64,000 bases of DNA, from assembly GCF_006345805.1 (NCBI RefSeq), contig NW_021832433.1:1-64000 (forward strand). The letters are read 5' to 3'. The DNA is from Octopus sinensis. Lineage: Eukaryota. Positions 11,914 through 26,086 of this stretch are shown piece after piece. Under the pieces are notes generated by a model. It did not search any database, was not told where the DNA came from, and saw nothing but the letters and a program-made list of their open reading frames with translations. The translations under genes and the position numbers were made by a program. Numbering within the stretch: position 1 is the stretch's first letter; every line of letters begins with the position of its first letter.

Positions 11914-12450
11914 AGTGTGTGTGTAGGTGTGTAGTTGTAGATGAATGACTGTTTCTCAGTGCACGTATTTAACACATTTATTTGTAGCAAGAGTGATTAA
12001 GAGTATCTTTCGTGAATAATAATTTTTGTGCAGCGCACATCTTTCTATCGCTCCCCCCACTCCCCACCCACACAATGCACATTTATTCACACTTTCTATA
12101 AACGGTCATTTAACCCCGCCTCGCTCCCCGTCTCTTTCCTTTAGTTCTTGTCTCCAGATAAAAATCTAGTATTTTTTCCCTCCTTTCATTTGGCCCATCT
12201 CCTGCCGCCCGAATTTCACCTTACCTCCCACCGTCTCTCTTTCTCTTTTCTCTTGCTATCTTACTTAAATCTGACAAATTTATTTCTGTATTTCTGCAAC
12301 CCTTTGTCTCATTAACTGATTTCTACCACATTGCCGGAGCACTAGCTTCTTTCTACCAGACCGGCTCTTCATAACTTGAACTTAGTAGAACCCGTTAATT
12401 AGCAGATACACGGGAAATTCATTACACAAGATAACAACACAGTCCTAATG

Positions 12451-12537
<87 letters not shown>

Positions 12538-12803
12538 CGAAATCATTTTCGATTCAATCGGAGTGAATTCCTGTCATACCGTTCTAATATTTCTTTCTGC
12601 TGCCAAACACGAAGACATAATTAAATGCAAAGTAATAGATTTATTCTCACATTCATGCATGCATACGTGCATACATACATATATACATACATAAATAATA
12701 CATAAGCGTGTGTATCCGTCCATTTTCATCTTCATGATAGGGTTGTATATATTTTTATATCTATTTATATCTATTTTTATATCTTTTTTGGTGTATGTAT
12801 ATA

Positions 12804-12860
<57 letters not shown>

Positions 12861-12890
12861 CATATACATACATAATATATATATATACAT

Positions 12891-12929
<39 letters not shown>

Positions 12930-13003
12930 CATACTTACATATATATATATATATGTACATACACATGCTTACATATATATATGTATATATATACATACAT
13001 ACT

Positions 13004-13039
<36 letters not shown>

Positions 13040-13125
13040 CATACATACTTACATGTATATATATACGTACATATATATACATATACATATATATATATAT
13101 ATAACATACATACATACATATATAT

Positions 13126-13172
<47 letters not shown>

Positions 13173-13331
13173 ATAAATCATACGTGGTTATTTAATAGCT
13201 TCTCATACATTTATAAATACTGATCAATAGTTTCCCGCTAATTTATTCTCAGTAGGCACTTAACAGTTTTAAAAGATGTATGTAAATGCATGTACGTACG
13301 TGTGTGTATATATATATATATAATACATACC

Positions 13332-13364
<33 letters not shown>

Positions 13365-13381
13365 TATATATATTATATATA

Positions 13382-13446
<65 letters not shown>

Positions 13447-13481
13447 TATCTATATACATACATATATACATACAAATATAT

Positions 13482-13523
<42 letters not shown>

Positions 13524-13740
13524 CACTCACGTGAATTTCTAGAAGTTCTTAATGCGTCGCCTGAGGATCGGAAACGTGAAAACTTGGCTTCCGAAATATT
13601 ACAGACCCAGCTTTAAATAAATAATACTATTACGGCCTATCGTCTTGATTACTTCGATTTCCTTAATTGCGTTTACACTAGACTGCGACAATCAATTCCC
13701 TGTTGTCTCATTGAATTTATTCTATAACTTGTTTTTATCA

Positions 13741-14190
13741 TTAGACTGCAACCAGCCTGGAGCATCGTCTTGGAGGGTATTAATCGAACATATAACCCCT
13801 TTGACTTTTCGGTCATGATTCTATTTTAATGTTTGCCCTATTTACCCAACAGCTGATGTTACCAGTGTCTAAACATGTCAATTGACAAGCGGGGTGGAAA
13901 ATTGGGGCTAAATCGCACGCACGCATATGTGAAGGATAGAGGCCCAGCGATGAGGGTGTTGCACTCATGATCACAAGATCATAGTTTTGGTCCCTAAAGC
14001 GGCGGGGAGTTGCATTCCCTGAGCAAAACACTTCATTTCCCGACACTCCAATCCACTCAACTGTAACTGAGCACTCTGTGATGGTCATATGTCCCGCCCA
14101 GGAGGCAATGCTGCCCGCCTGCCTCACCAGCAGGGTGGCATCAATCGAAAGGAACTACAATAACACTTGGAAGCGCATTGTGACCAGCTG
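13741..14190. mobile_element. Decayed SINE-A tail (-, 13741-13915) adjoining a SINE-C copy (+, 13931-14190)
   Basis: GACTGCAACCAGCCTGGAGCATCG and TGACAAGCGGGGTGG match the SINE-A tail on the minus strand. TGAGCAAAACACTTCATTTC...CCACTCAACTG matches SINE-C. Confidence 0.6.
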
Positions 14191-14288
14191 TATATTAAAA
14201 CATATATTTGTCTGATCTATATATACATATTTAAAATAAAGATCTCCTTCGGTCATGGATAACTATAGAATTGCATGAAGACGCAAAC

Positions 14289-14507
14289 ACATCAACATCG
14301 GCTGTCAAGCATTGATGGACACATACACACACACACAGACACAAACGTGACCCTAATTTTGCTGTTCAGCAAATGAGACTCATGGAACAAGTACTAGGCT
14401 TAAAAAATAAATCCCAGGGTCGAATTGTCCGACTAAAACATTCTTCAATGCCGTGCTCCAGCATGGCCAGGGTCAAATGATTGAAACAAGTAAAAGAATA
14501 AAGGAAT
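14289..14507. mobile_element. Rearranged SINE-A tail fragments (- 14289-14345; + 14369-14507)
   Basis: ACATCAACATCGGCTGTCAAGC on the minus-strand piece, and GTGCTCCAGCATGGCC...TGATTGAAACAAGTAAAAGAATAAAG on the plus-strand piece. Confidence 0.7.
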
Positions 14508-14689
14508 ATATATATATATTCCTTTACTATTATTATATACGTGTAAGTCTCCCATCTTCATGTGACCAAAGTTCATTCAAGGAAAAGGTCACCGACTTCG
14601 GCCAATACAGCTTGATACCAAGATACATTGGACTGGGGAGATATCGCGAGCCTTCATGTTCAACCGTCAAAGATCTTGGATAAAATATG

Positions 14690-14795
14690 AAGTTGACCTC
14701 GGTGGGATTTGAACTCGGAGCCTGAAATCTCGGAATGAATTCATACTCGGTATTTTACTGAACAGTCTAACGTATCTGCCAATTCACCGCTTTCA
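14690..14795 (-). mobile_element. SINE-B 5' fragment
   Basis: GTTGACCTCGGTGGGATTTGAACTC...CTAACGTATCTGCCAATTCACCGC is the reverse complement of the SINE-B head. Confidence 0.6.
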
Positions 14796-15121
14796 TGCCA
14801 GGCCATAAAATCGTATCACTAACTCAGCACTCACAACGACGACACGATATCCTAGCGAAGTGACATCGTCCGTGTTATGTTCTCGTATCAGCTGACTGTG
14901 TGATATTATCGTGTACGAGTGATATCAGTCATGAGTTATCGGCTATTTGGGATATGATATAGCTTTGTAATCGGAAGGAGAGACCATTAATTCGCTGATA
15001 CCATTTATTATGTCATGGCGATCGGTGTTAGCTTGATTTATATACGAGATGATATCTCGATGGATCTCATTCACACACACACGCATGCGTACAAACTCGT
15101 GTGCCTTGGCATATATCACGT

Positions 15122-15156
<35 letters not shown>

Positions 15157-16440
15157 TATATTTCCTTATCTCACTCGTACACTCGCTTCTTTCGTCGCTC
15201 TCTTTCGGTAGAGGATTCCCTCTCTTTCTCTGCGTATAGTTCTGTATCTATTTCAAGCATACAGTTCTTTTCTTAGTCTCTCTCTCTCTCTCTCAATAAT
15301 TCTTTTTCTATCTCTATATCACACGCGCGCGCACACGCACACCGTGTCTGTCCATCACCCTTACTCTCTCTCTCTACCTCACGTTTCTCAATACCCCCCA
15401 TACCATCTCATTGTACATCCAAACATCTCCCTTTCTCCATCACATTATCTCATCCCTTTAACCATAATCCTTCACATTTGGAATCCCTTTAGGCTTCTTG
15501 TAATTTACGTTTTTCATTTTTCTCTTCTCCTCCCCATCTTCTCCCTCTCCGCATTCTTCTCCTTCTTCACCTCATCGCTCCCTCTCTATATGCATATCCC
15601 CTTGTGTTATACGTATATTTACGTGTGCGTATCCTGTATATATCTAAATGTGTATATGCATGAATGGCTGTTATACATGCATACATACATATATATATAT
15701 ATGAGTATTTATATATGTACATGTATTTGTATATATTTAGGTAGGTATATATCTACGTATACATACATATATATATATATATGTGTGTGTATAAATATCT
15801 TTGTGTATATATGTACATGTATATTTATATATGTATATAGGTGTGTATATACATTTGTAGGTATGTACGTACATATATATGTGTATATATATATATGTGT
15901 GTGTGTGTGTGGTGTGTGTTTGTGAATACCTGTACACATTTTAATTGGATCACTCGCAACATATCGAACCCGTCTGTGACATTGATATCACTATATCAAT
16001 ATAATAAAGCATTATGTATACCGCAAGATATAATTTAATATTTACCCCTTTCTCAGAGAAGTTGAGCACTATATAATGTTAATCAATTTGTAGTTAATCT
16101 GCGAGGTGGGTTGTCAGGATCTAGATAATACATTTATTTCTATATTTTCCTCGTTCCATTTTTTTCTCTAGCGATTCCCTTTAGTTCATAAAAAACACAT
16201 AACACGTTGTTATTATATGTTAGATATCTAAAGTTATTACAGCGCTTCCCCGTTCTCTACTGATGACTGTGTAACACCTGAATCTTTGAGACCTGAATGT
16301 GTGGATGTCATCTCATATAGACTTCTATTTTATTACCTGAATGCATTCGTTATGTTGTTTCACGTTTGAGTCTACTTACTATGCGTAACCACGTACATAC
16401 ATCCACACAGATCTAACTATCTATCTACCTACCTACCTAC

Positions 16441-16530
<90 letters not shown>

Positions 16531-16554
16531 GTCTGTCTTGTCTGTGTGTCTATC

Positions 16555-16601
<47 letters not shown>

Positions 16602-16611
16602 ATTTATTTAT

Positions 16612-16733
16612 CTTTTTTTCCAACCCTTTTGATCGAAACCTACCCCGCAACCTATTTTTTCTCCCCCAAAAGAAAAGCTCTACTTTGTAATTTGTCTCCT
16701 CTGTGTTCAACCTTCTGTGGCTAATAAAGAAAC
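16612..16733 (+). mobile_element. Short 3' tail of the same Tx1-like LINE family as 8854-9436
   Basis: AAAAGAAAAGCTCTACTTTGTAATTTGTCTCCTCTGTGTTCAACCTTCTGTGGCTAATAAAGAAA is similar to 9371-9436. It is flanked by (TCTA)n on both sides. Confidence 0.75.
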
Positions 16734-16768
16734 ATATCTATCTATCTCTCTGTCTACCTACTTACCTG

Positions 16769-16855
<87 letters not shown>

Positions 16856-17030
16856 CTATCTATCTATCAACCTACCTGTCTATCTACGTGTGAAGAAATA
16901 GGTATGTGTTCGCATTTAAAATAAATACATATGTGTGTCTGTGTGTATATATGTATATATTTATATATAATGGACACATATGTATGAATGTATATATACA
17001 GCTCTTCTCCCCTTCTCTCTCTCTTTATAT

Positions 17031-17064
<34 letters not shown>

Positions 17065-17344
17065 GATAGATATATATAGATATATACATATATATGGATT
17101 AAGAATATAATAAGCAAAATGTAAATAAATTGAAATGCGTGGCATATTTTCATATTGTTCGATGATGAAGATGATGATGAAGATTGTGATGATGATGACA
17201 GTGATGCTGACGATCGTGATGATGATGGTGATTTTTCTTAATCTCTCAAGTGAACGCTTTCCCACAGAGATATCTGAAAGACACTTCCCAGCCATAATAA
17301 CTTGGTCATTGGTTTTAACATCGGTTCACACTGATCCTCCGTTT

Positions 17345-17420
17345 TAAAATTATAAGGTATTAATTTAGTAAAATCTAGCGTCCATTTCTAGCAGGTCGAG
17401 AAACCATATAGAAGTTCTCG
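17345..17420. repeat. Dispersed repeat fragment (unclassified); related copy at 26830-26910
   Basis: ATTTCTAGCAGGTCGAGAAACCATATAGAAGTTCTC versus AATTTTAGCAGGTCGAACAACCACTTGGAGGCTCCC. Confidence 0.5.
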
Positions 17421-17452
17421 TCTTCTTTGGTGATGATAATATCCACCTACAT

Positions 17453-17502
<50 letters not shown>

Positions 17503-18148
17503 TCTCTCTCTCTCTCCATCTCTTTCTCTCTCTCTCCTCTCTCGTAAATATATATCTTTATATGCGTGCTTGTGTACAGATGTGTGTTTATGTCTATTCA
17601 TATATGCGTATATATGTGTGGGTGTGTGTACATGTATAAGTACTACTGCCTATGTATATGCATGACGGAGCTCGATATACAGACAGCTACACATACACGA
17701 AATGAACATAAATAAAGATAGCCAGAAGCCAAACGACGTAGAATTGTATCGTTGACCAATGGAAAAGCATGAACAATATCTCTCATATTGATATACAACT
17801 TGATATATTGCTATTATCATTGCGACTGGAAATATATAACAACTAGTATTGTTATAAACGATAGCACTAGATGAAATATTTAATTGATACGCGAGTGTGT
17901 GCGCCTAGATATATATATATATACGTATATATATATATATATATTCACACCAACACACGAGTATCTGGATATTTCTAGAATAAATATGATGTCTCTGTTT
18001 GCAATAATATGTTCGATACATCTATCTGTCTATCTATATCAATCACTTTTCGCATCTTGCATTGGCTACATACATACGTACGTACAATGTGTGTGTGTGT
18101 ATGAATATATATGTCTGTATGTGTACGTCTATCTACGTATATATATAT

Positions 18149-18202
<54 letters not shown>

Positions 18203-18364
18203 CGCGCATGTGTGTGTGTTGTACGTATGTGCAGATGTATATATATACACACATACATCTATGCGCAGATATATATCAGTGTGTTTATATGTGTACATAT
18301 ATATATGTAATTACATATATATGCATACGTACTTATATATATATATATATATACATACACACCA

Positions 18365-18524
18365 CATACATAGAGAGAAAGAGATATACACACATGTGTG
18401 TGGAGGGGTAAGTGGGTGTATGTATATATGTAAAAGCATATATGTACACACACACTTACCTATACACATATATATTTGTGTGTATGTGTGAGTATATATG
18501 TATCTAAGTGCTTGTATAGACATG

Positions 18525-18579
<55 letters not shown>

Positions 18580-19074
18580 ATATAAATGTGTGTGTGTGCA
18601 TGTATGTATGTATATATACGGATAAGTAAGTATATTTATCTTCGATGCTACATTTAATATTGTATATAAGAAGGCAGCAACAATATCATCGATCATGTGG
18701 TTACTGTTGTGTTTTGTTGTTGTTGTTATTGGTGTGAACTGTTTCTTTTTCGTTTTGTTTGATATCGGGATGATATCCAAATTGGATATTGTGAAATGGT
18801 TATATGGAAATTGAATGTTTCGATATGATCAAACACACATAAACATTAGCATACAGGCCATACACCTCACATTTACAAATACATACGATTTATGTTTACA
18901 CACATACACACACACATACATAGAGAGAAAGAGATATACACACATGTGTGTGGAGGGGTAAGTGGGTGTATGTATATATGTAAAAGCATATATGTACACA
19001 CACACTTACCTATACACATATATATTTGTGTGTATGTGTGAGTATATATGTATCTAAGTGCTTGTATAGACATG

Positions 19075-19127
<53 letters not shown>

Positions 19128-19629
19128 ATATAAATGTGTGTGTGTGCATGTATGTATGTATATATACGGATAAGTAAGTATATTTATCTTCGATGCTACA
19201 TTTAATATTGTATATAAGAAGGCAGCAACAATATCATCGATCATGTGGTTACTGTTGTGTTTTGTTGTTGTTGTTATTGGTGTGAACTGTTTCTTTTTCG
19301 TTTTGTTTGATATCGGGATGATATCCAAATTGGATATTGTGAAATGGTTATATGGAAATTGAATGTTTCGATATGATCAAACACACATAAACATTAGCAT
19401 ACAGGCCATACACCTCACATTTACAAATACATACGATTTATGTTTACACACATACACACACACATACATAGAGAGAAAGAGATATACACACATGTGTGTG
19501 GAGGGGTAAGTGGGTGTATGTATATATGTAAAAGCATATATGTACACACACACTTACCTATACACATATATATTTGTGTGTATGTGTGAGTATATATGTA
19601 TCTAAGTGCTTGTATAGACATGTGTGTGC

Positions 19630-19661
<32 letters not shown>

Positions 19662-20030
19662 ATATATATATATATATGTGTGTGTGTATATAAATGTGTG
19701 TGTGTGCATGTATGTATGTATATATACGGATAAGTAAGTATATTTATCTTCGATGCTACATTTAATATTGTATATAAGAAGGCAGCAACATATCATCGAT
19801 CATGTGGTTACTGTTGTGTTTTGTTGTTGTTGTTATTGGTGTGAACTGTTTCTTTTTCGTTTTGTTTGATATCGGGATGATATCCAAATTGGATATTGTG
19901 AAATGGTTATATGGAAATTGAATGTTTCGATATGATCAAACACACATAAACATTAGCATACAGGCCATACACCCTCACATTTACAAATACATACGATTTA
20001 TGTTTACACACATACACACACACACATACA
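18365..20030. repeat. Tandem triplication of a ~550-bp unit
   Basis: The anchor TAGAGAGAAAGAGATATAC starts at 18371, 18921 and 19469. The copies are nearly identical apart from (TA)n length and 1-nt indels. Confidence 0.95.
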
Positions 20031-20894
20031 CACACATATATATATATATATACGGGTATGTGTGTGTGTGTGTGAGTGATTGTATTTAGAAGTCTGTGTA
20101 TGAGTGCATATATATATACCCGTAAATATATTCTTATACGTATATACATATGTGTATAAGTACATACTTCAACGTATATGCATATATCTAAATATACGTA
20201 TTTGTGTGTGTATTTATATATGTGCGTCTGTGTCAATTCATATTTATTCGTATAATTGTTTATATTGTGTGTGTATATGTATATCAATATATATTTGCGT
20301 GAATATTTATATATATATGTGTGTGTGTGTGTATGAGTACACAGACACATCTATATATTTTATTAAAGCGAAGTGAATTATATATGGTTTTATACTTACA
20401 TTCAAAAGTACATATCTACTTGTGTACATCCATACCTATGCACACTCACCAAATTTTCTCCACCTGAGCCAACAGCTCAGTAATTACCACCAACTACATT
20501 ACCATCAGATACTGAGCAACATGCTCACGTCTTGTGATTCTCTTCGTCGGTGTCATAAGGTGACAATGCTTCAAGACGCGTGTGTGTGCACCGTTACATG
20601 CGTTTTCACCCCGTTCGATCTCATAACCAATCATTTAAAGAGATATGATGCAGTCTTAAACATATCCCAGTCTCCCAATCTGCAAAGTGCACCCCTTCTA
20701 TGATACAGGAGAAACAATGCTTCTATTTCCTCGCGGGACATCCTCTCCCTCAGGCATAAACATTACACAGTGCTTTCTTCAGAATTCTATCCACATTATC
20801 TTTCAGTATGTTATCTTTTTTAATTTTGAGTAAATTCTGACCGGCCTTGGTAGTAACGTTGCGAAAGAGAGTATCATGTTTTAACCATCATCCT

Positions 20895-21480
20895 TCAAAT
20901 TTTAAAAAGGCCTTGATTATTTTTAGTTACAAATATCGAAATTACTAGTAGCGTGTGAATTAGCATTCTCTTCAGAAGAACCCACGTGTAGCCATACTTT
21001 GTTCAAGTCGGGTTGGTGTGTAGCCTCTGGCTCCAAAACTATATGGTGCATGAGGCTGAAATTAAGTCTTGGACACTGGATTTGCAAACTCCTTACCAGT
21101 GGTCCATAGATGTCCTCTTCTTCTTATGACTGACAATTGCATTCGGTAATGGGTCCTTGGCACGTGAAATCTAGGGTTATGAGCAATCTGGAAAAACATC
21201 TTCGACCCTGTTCTTCGCAGGTCAACTCAGATCCAGAGCAGAAGCACCTGTTAAGGCCCCAGATACGGGTTAACTTGCATGTGAGTGAACAAATAGTTCT
21301 CGATACAATTTCTTTCTAGAAAAAGAGGTAAACTCGTATGAAAACAACACTGAAGTGCAGTTGTTTTCTGGTCGTCCCAACTTCTGTTGTGCCACTGGTT
21401 TTTATAGGTTAGATTACGCTGAAAAGCGAATCCAGCGCTGCACAACACTTGATCCACTCAAAGCAAACTTAAACACAAGA
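20895..21480 (-). mobile_element. Heavily decayed RLE-type (R2/R4/NeSL-like) LINE C-terminus
   Basis: Minus frames give ...LLITLDFTCQGP...EEEDIYGPLVRSLQIQCPRLNFSLM... and ...LKIIKAFLKF, resembling the restriction-like endonuclease end of ORF2. Many stops are present. Confidence 0.5.
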
Positions 21481-21566
21481 ACTTTTTGGAATTGTGGAAT
21501 GTTCAAACGAACTTACTGAATGGTTTTAGTCAGTTACAAGTTGACTTACATCATATATATACGTAT

Positions 21567-21615
<49 letters not shown>

Positions 21616-23488
21616 TGTGTGTGTCTGTGTGTGTGCGCGTGTGTGAAATGGAGAATGCTGCTACAGGTTTGTTTCAACCCGTTTTATTTTTCATTTGTGT
21701 TGTTTTGAATGTTATATTCCCCCATCATTAGCCTCCACCCTTACTACTCCACAAATATTTTGTGTGGAGGGAGGAGGTGCTACCTATACATTTTGGCTCT
21801 CACGGTCGCCCACCCAACATCCGTGTAAAAGTCTGTGAATCTTAATCATCGTAATTACCATCATTATCATCATCATATTCGTTATAATCAATACAAAAAT
21901 CACAACTACCTTTCTCCTCTTTCATTATCATCAACGTCATCACAACAAACATCAACAGAAACTATTAGTTTCTCATGACAGTAATAATGCTGTATTGTTT
22001 CAAGACACACAGACAGAAGCAGTGCTGTCAGGTTAACAACCTTCCCGCTTCTGTGTTTGTAATTGTTCTTTCCATTATAAAGGAACCTCTGAGTTCCTTT
22101 ATAATTCTTTGTCTGAGATATCCCCAAATAGCACCAGTGTAACAGCTGGGATTCCTACCCTTCCCGTACCTCTGCCAGGGTACAGTTTTGAGATTGCTCT
22201 ACGTAGTTTAGTTGTCATTAGGACTTGTATATACGTATACAAGACCTCAGCTGTTCAGCTTTGGAATCCGGAGAGCTGGAAGACCACTGATTGTAAGGCA
22301 GCTTTTAGCTTTTGTTACAGCATACTTCCAGAACCTACTTAAAACTCAGACTACGTCTGCTCCGATAATCAGCGGATGACTTATGCAGCGAATCTTCTGC
22401 GATGATCCGCAATCGACAGCAAGTTGAGCTGCAACGGATTACACTATCCCAACGTGTGTATGCAAGTGATTAGGGACTACCTGTGAAATCGTATATCCCA
22501 CACAAACTCCGACCGTGAACGCGTTGGTCGGAGTCGGCTCAATTCACCTCTGGGGAATGCCGCATCACCTACAAATATGTAGTATATACCTATAAATCTT
22601 ACTCTTTAAATAACTGAGCGTTTACACGTGTCCGTATTTTACCGCAAGAACTAATTCCGATCCATCAATCAACGCAGTCTTTTATATCCTTTGTATTGCA
22701 CTTTCCCATCTATTGTACGAGTTTCTGGAACCGCTATTTCTGCTCGTCCTTCCTTTTGAATATTTCGAAAATAATTCCGTAATATATGTCGGCTGTCAAA
22801 GGGTTTACTGTTCCACATAGTGCCTAGGGCTACAAGTGATTCCTCTTTTAGTAACACGAGAAAAGATCAATTGACTATTAAGACGCAGATATCAAATCTT
22901 TCCACTTTATTTTATCCTATTTCGATGAAGCACTGTTGTAAGGATGCACTCTCCTTTGTAACGCTGCTACCCTAGAGAGACTATTTCCCTACTGGATTGT
23001 CTGTATGACGAGTATTGTGTGCGATGTATCTTCAGCTAAAGACGAAAGGCCGGAAGTGCTTCTCTCGCCATCAGTTCGAACATAATATTTATTCCTTATT
23101 AGGTAAATGCATGTTGTATACATATACTATTGCCACTAGTTTTATCATCTCATTTCTGTTCAGCTAGATCATTATCTGCTTCTGTAGAATAAATGTATTA
23201 TTCTGAAGAATGGAATATGTTCTATTTTCATCTCTATTATCTGTAAAATATGCTAGTTTCTTAAGTGTTTTGTGGGCGGAATCGTCTTTAAAAGCTGTAG
23301 ACATTCAGTTTGTTTATGTGATGAAATGAAAACTATTTTCATTCGGAAGTTAAAAGAATCATTTGTCTAAAATGGTAAGAATTAAAGCAAAATATTGACT
23401 TTCTTCCATTATATTTAGAATTCGTGCATTCATAAAGTTGTTTCCCACATACTTTCACGAAGTATATGAGTGTAAGCACTTACATATA

Positions 23489-23521
<33 letters not shown>

Positions 23522-23524
<3 letters not shown>

Positions 23525-23756
23525 TAAAACGGTAAGATAACAAAAGAAAGAAAGAGACCTCAATATTATGTAAATAGAGGAAATTTACCTATACAATAAT
23601 ATGTTACATTACTCGATAGTCAAGACAAAACTCTGAGTTTCAGATGCCGAAGTGGAAATAGCCAGATAACCGAGAGATGGTGTTGTGGATTTCCACTTCG
23701 GCATCTGAACTCAGAGTTTTATCTTGACTATCGAGTAATGTAACATATTATTGTAT
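23522..23756. repeat. Fold-back element with 68/67-bp inverted arms (23592-23659 / 23689-23755) and a 29-nt spacer
   Basis: TACAATAATATGTTACATTACTCGATAGTCAAGACAAAACTCTGAGTTTCAGATGCCGAAGTGGAAAT versus its reverse complement, with 1 mismatch and 1 indel. It is flanked by (TA)n. Confidence 0.9.
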
Positions 23757-23759
23757 TAT

Positions 23760-23790
<31 letters not shown>

Positions 23791-23955
23791 ATATTATATA
23801 TATATTATATAGAGAGATATATTTATATATATAAGTATATACTTATATATACTTACATATAGGTAATATACATATATATATATACTTACATACACGTAAA
23901 TATATATCCATATATACTTATATATATATATCACATATAGGTAAATATATATGCT

Positions 23956-23996
<41 letters not shown>

Positions 23997-24413
23997 ATAT
24001 ATATGTGTGTGCGTGTGTGTTTGTTTTATATATAAATACGCACACACACACATATTTGGTGATGTGTAGGTGTGCGCACATGCAAATATATATATACACA
24101 AATACATATATATACACACGTACAGAGGAAGAGAGACAGAGGAAAATGAAGGGGAAAATAAGAATTGTCTAAAAGAAAATAAAAGCATCAGAAATGCATG
24201 CTTCGAAATCTAATACACTTCTGCATCTAAATAACAATATAATGGTTTGGAAATGTTGACAGAGAAATCGTTCGCTTATCTAGTATGTCACGTGATTATG
24301 TTAGGGATATGATATTGAAACCTTATTGCCTGAACCTATACCTAACCCATGTTAAACTGGGAACTTCCGGAAAAAAAAACAATCCTTTTGGTCAGTTGCC
24401 AATAACGACTCGT

Positions 24414-24453
<40 letters not shown>

Positions 24454-24641
24454 CATTGATAGTGGTAGTAGGAGGGGTGACAGGGGTGGCTAAAAGGAAA
24501 GTTATGGAGAAGATGATGTAAGTGAACTTGGAGCATTCTGTTTGTTTCTGTGTATGTATACATGTGTGTCGTCATGAATATGTTTGTTTGTGCGTCTGTA
24601 TATCTGCCTCTCACTCTCTCTCATATATATAATATATATAT

Positions 24642-24689
<48 letters not shown>

Positions 24690-24768
24690 TATATACATAT
24701 ATACATCTACATATATTATATATAATATACTATATATATTATATATATATATACATATATATATATAC

Positions 24769-24819
<51 letters not shown>

Positions 24820-26055
24820 CATATACATATATACACATATACATATATATATATATATATCATGTTTCTATACAATTATAAATTATACATATACGTAAGC
24901 AGCTATTTTTGTTATATATGTGTGTATATATATATATATTTATGTGTGTGTTTGTATGTACCTTTAAGTGTGTGTAAGAGAAGTGATGTATGTGCGTATC
25001 GCGCGTGCGTGACGGAGAGAAAAAGACAAAATTGTGATGGAGCAATTTCAATATTCATCACGCCACCCGACTGACTGCATCAGATCAGACCAACGGTGAA
25101 GTAACCATATTGGGAAAGAATGGGAAACAGTGGTGTTTAGTATGTGTGTGTGTGTGTAAATTCATATACATATATTATTACACACACACACACATAAATG
25201 CATTCGTGAGTATGTGTAAGTGTTCCTCTTGTTTATCTCTGTTTCTACCTTTTATCCACCACCGTGACTATGTTACCTTCTGCGTACCTGACTATCTATC
25301 TATGTATCTATCCATCTTACTAACTACCTGTCAATCCTCTCTCTCTCTTTGTATATATATATACATGCCTGCCTTCCTGTGTAGCGCTATATTTAAACAT
25401 CTATCTGTTTAACCAAGTCTGTTTGCCTGATCGTCTGCCTCTCGCTCACGATCAGTCCGTCCCCAAGACAATTGAAGTGCGCTGGGTTATCTCCCTTATA
25501 ATTGATTGGACTTGTCAACTTTTTCCTCCATTAACTCTCAAGGTTGATTTCCCAGGAGGGTACTAATTTTTCCTGTGCCCCCCCCCCCCTGTTTTATTTT
25601 GCTGTCCTCCTGCCACAATCTTTTTCTCTAACCATCTTTCTCATTCACACACACACACACACACGATACGCTCTCATACTACCACTCACTTACTGGCGCC
25701 TCTCACTCACTCTCAACCTCTCTGCCTATCTATCACTCGCTATCACTAACCGTCTCTCTCCCTCGATAGTGCTATCGCTCGAATCTCTATGCCAGCACAT
25801 TCTATTACATCTAACTTTTCGCGATACCACACTTGTAAGTCTGTTGCCAATGTAGAAAAATGTAAATACGCTTATGTATGTATGCGTGCGTGAATATATC
25901 TGTCTGTCTACACACACACGTGTGTGTGTCCATACATAATACATATATTAAAATTATATTACATTATCTTTGCAACTATAATTCGTCTGTTATCGTCGCG
26001 TGTATACCTCTTATAATTTTATCTACCTCATATACATGCACGCACTGAGCTTATC

Positions 26056-26086
<31 letters not shown>

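Noticed and set aside
13561-13580. CTGAGGA-TCG-GAAAC
   Set aside because: There is no room for stem II and no stem I or III pairing, so it is a chance match.
20440-20520. Strong minus-strand donor TTG|GTGAGT
   Set aside because: All three upstream frames have nearby stops and no acceptor was identified.
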